This document shows positions 63,452 through 64,000 of a stretch of 64,000 nt of DNA, piece after piece (position 1 is the stretch's first letter; every line of letters begins with the position of its first letter). Position numbers and translations under genes: made by a program. The notes under the pieces were generated by a model. The model made no database searches, had not been told where the DNA came from, and was given only the letters and a program-made list of their open reading frames with translations. The DNA lies in the IMG/VR virus record IMGVR_UViG_3300044644_001125, positions 62,001-126,000 of that record; one strand, written 5' to 3'.

Positions 63452-63802
63452 TTAGTACCCTGTCGTGTTGGAATCATTGCGTGGTTCCTGCACTTCAGGT
63501 TTTTGATGGAACTTCTTTCTATCAGGTTTTTCCGGTTGAAACTTTTGAAATTTACCAGAAGTTGATCTTACTGGTGGCGAAATTTTAAATTTTCCATCTC
63601 TTTGATCCGCTGCATTCTTTGCACAAGATTTAGAAAATGAAGGATGACCATTATTTGAAATGCAGTTGGATGGGTCCGTTATTTTGTGTTTTTTGGACCA
63701 GTCAAATCCACTTTTCGACCCGGAACAGTCTTTCGTGCACGGTAATCCGTTGTATGATAACCCTGAATAGGTCAACTCTGTTATAATTTCATGTATTCTC
63801 AT
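63452..63802 (-). CDS. Putative internal protein
   Basis: MRIHEIITE start, CTKDCSG motif, ATAAATA upstream. Confidence 0.6.
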   Translation of the reverse strand: MRIHEIITELTYSGLSYNGLPCTKDCSGSKSGFDWSKKHKITDPSNCISNNGHPSFSKSCAKNAADQRDGKFKISPPVRSTSGKFQKFQPEKPDRKKFHQKPEVQEPRNDSNTTGY

Positions 63803-64000
63803 GTTTGTATTTATTCACTAAAAGATAATCAACCCAACTAGCTCGAGCCTATCGGCTCTCGCAAATTCACATAACCCAACAAGCTCGGCACTAACGTGCC
63901 TCGCAATCAACAATTCAACCTATATTATATCACATCTAACATAACCACCCAATAAATACCTATAGGTACTAAAACTATGGAGGGTTTGTACGTGAAGAAA

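Larger units (their letters stand above)
17809..63904. repeat. Dispersed GCTCG-[hairpin]-CTCGC elements (about 22 copies)
   Basis: Copies at 17809, 18703, 19621, 21422, 30909, 32472, 34456, 34770, 35546, 38313, 42757, 44876, 46796, 48841, 63841, 63883 (+) and 40482, 43748, 44849, 46154, 61952, 62017 (-). Confidence 0.9.
4136..63960. promoter_or_regulatory. T4-like late promoter cores (TAAATA) before late genes
   Basis: Seen just upstream of genes starting 4162, 8067, 50494, 57589, 60179, 62137 (+) and 12209, 42285, 50424, 53150, 63802 (-). Confidence 0.65.

Noticed and set aside
1-64000. Stop-codon reassignment
   Set aside because: Conserved genes are intact in code 11 and TAA, TAG and TGA all serve as stops

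Overview
The window is part of a large, AT-rich, T4-superfamily-like (jumbo) phage genome using the standard genetic code. Sigma70 promoters and IHF-type sites suggest a proteobacterial host. (1) 1-12.2 kb is a replication/late block: UvsW helicase, clamp-loader subunit, minimal DnaE-like protein, primase, gp41 helicase with a mini-intein, Ntn-hydrolase, nucleotidyltransferase, Gp88-like and TGT-like proteins. (2) 12.3-13 kb is a non-coding, repeat-rich boundary. (3) 13-39 kb is a minus-strand array of small early genes. About 45 of them have their own sigma70 promoter with a co-varying palindrome and a shared leader (ACCTTAACAAAGCACTACGGAG). This region is GATC-poor and also holds a tRNA(CAU) and several structured RNA candidates. 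Two of those candidates display loops complementary to the shared leader, which suggests an antisense master switch for the whole early array. (4) 39-64 kb contains a PolA-fold protein, two AraC-like regulators, about 21 mini DUF1566/C-lectin paralogs, late genes with a shared MRIxEIxxE capsid-targeting-like N-terminus, a tail-fibre-like gene and an HNH endonuclease. Three dispersed DNA motif families cross the window: GCGAG-hairpin-CGAGC, CAGCGGGTA and TAAAAGATAA. All counts are manual and approximate, and family assignments come from motif recognition, not database searches.
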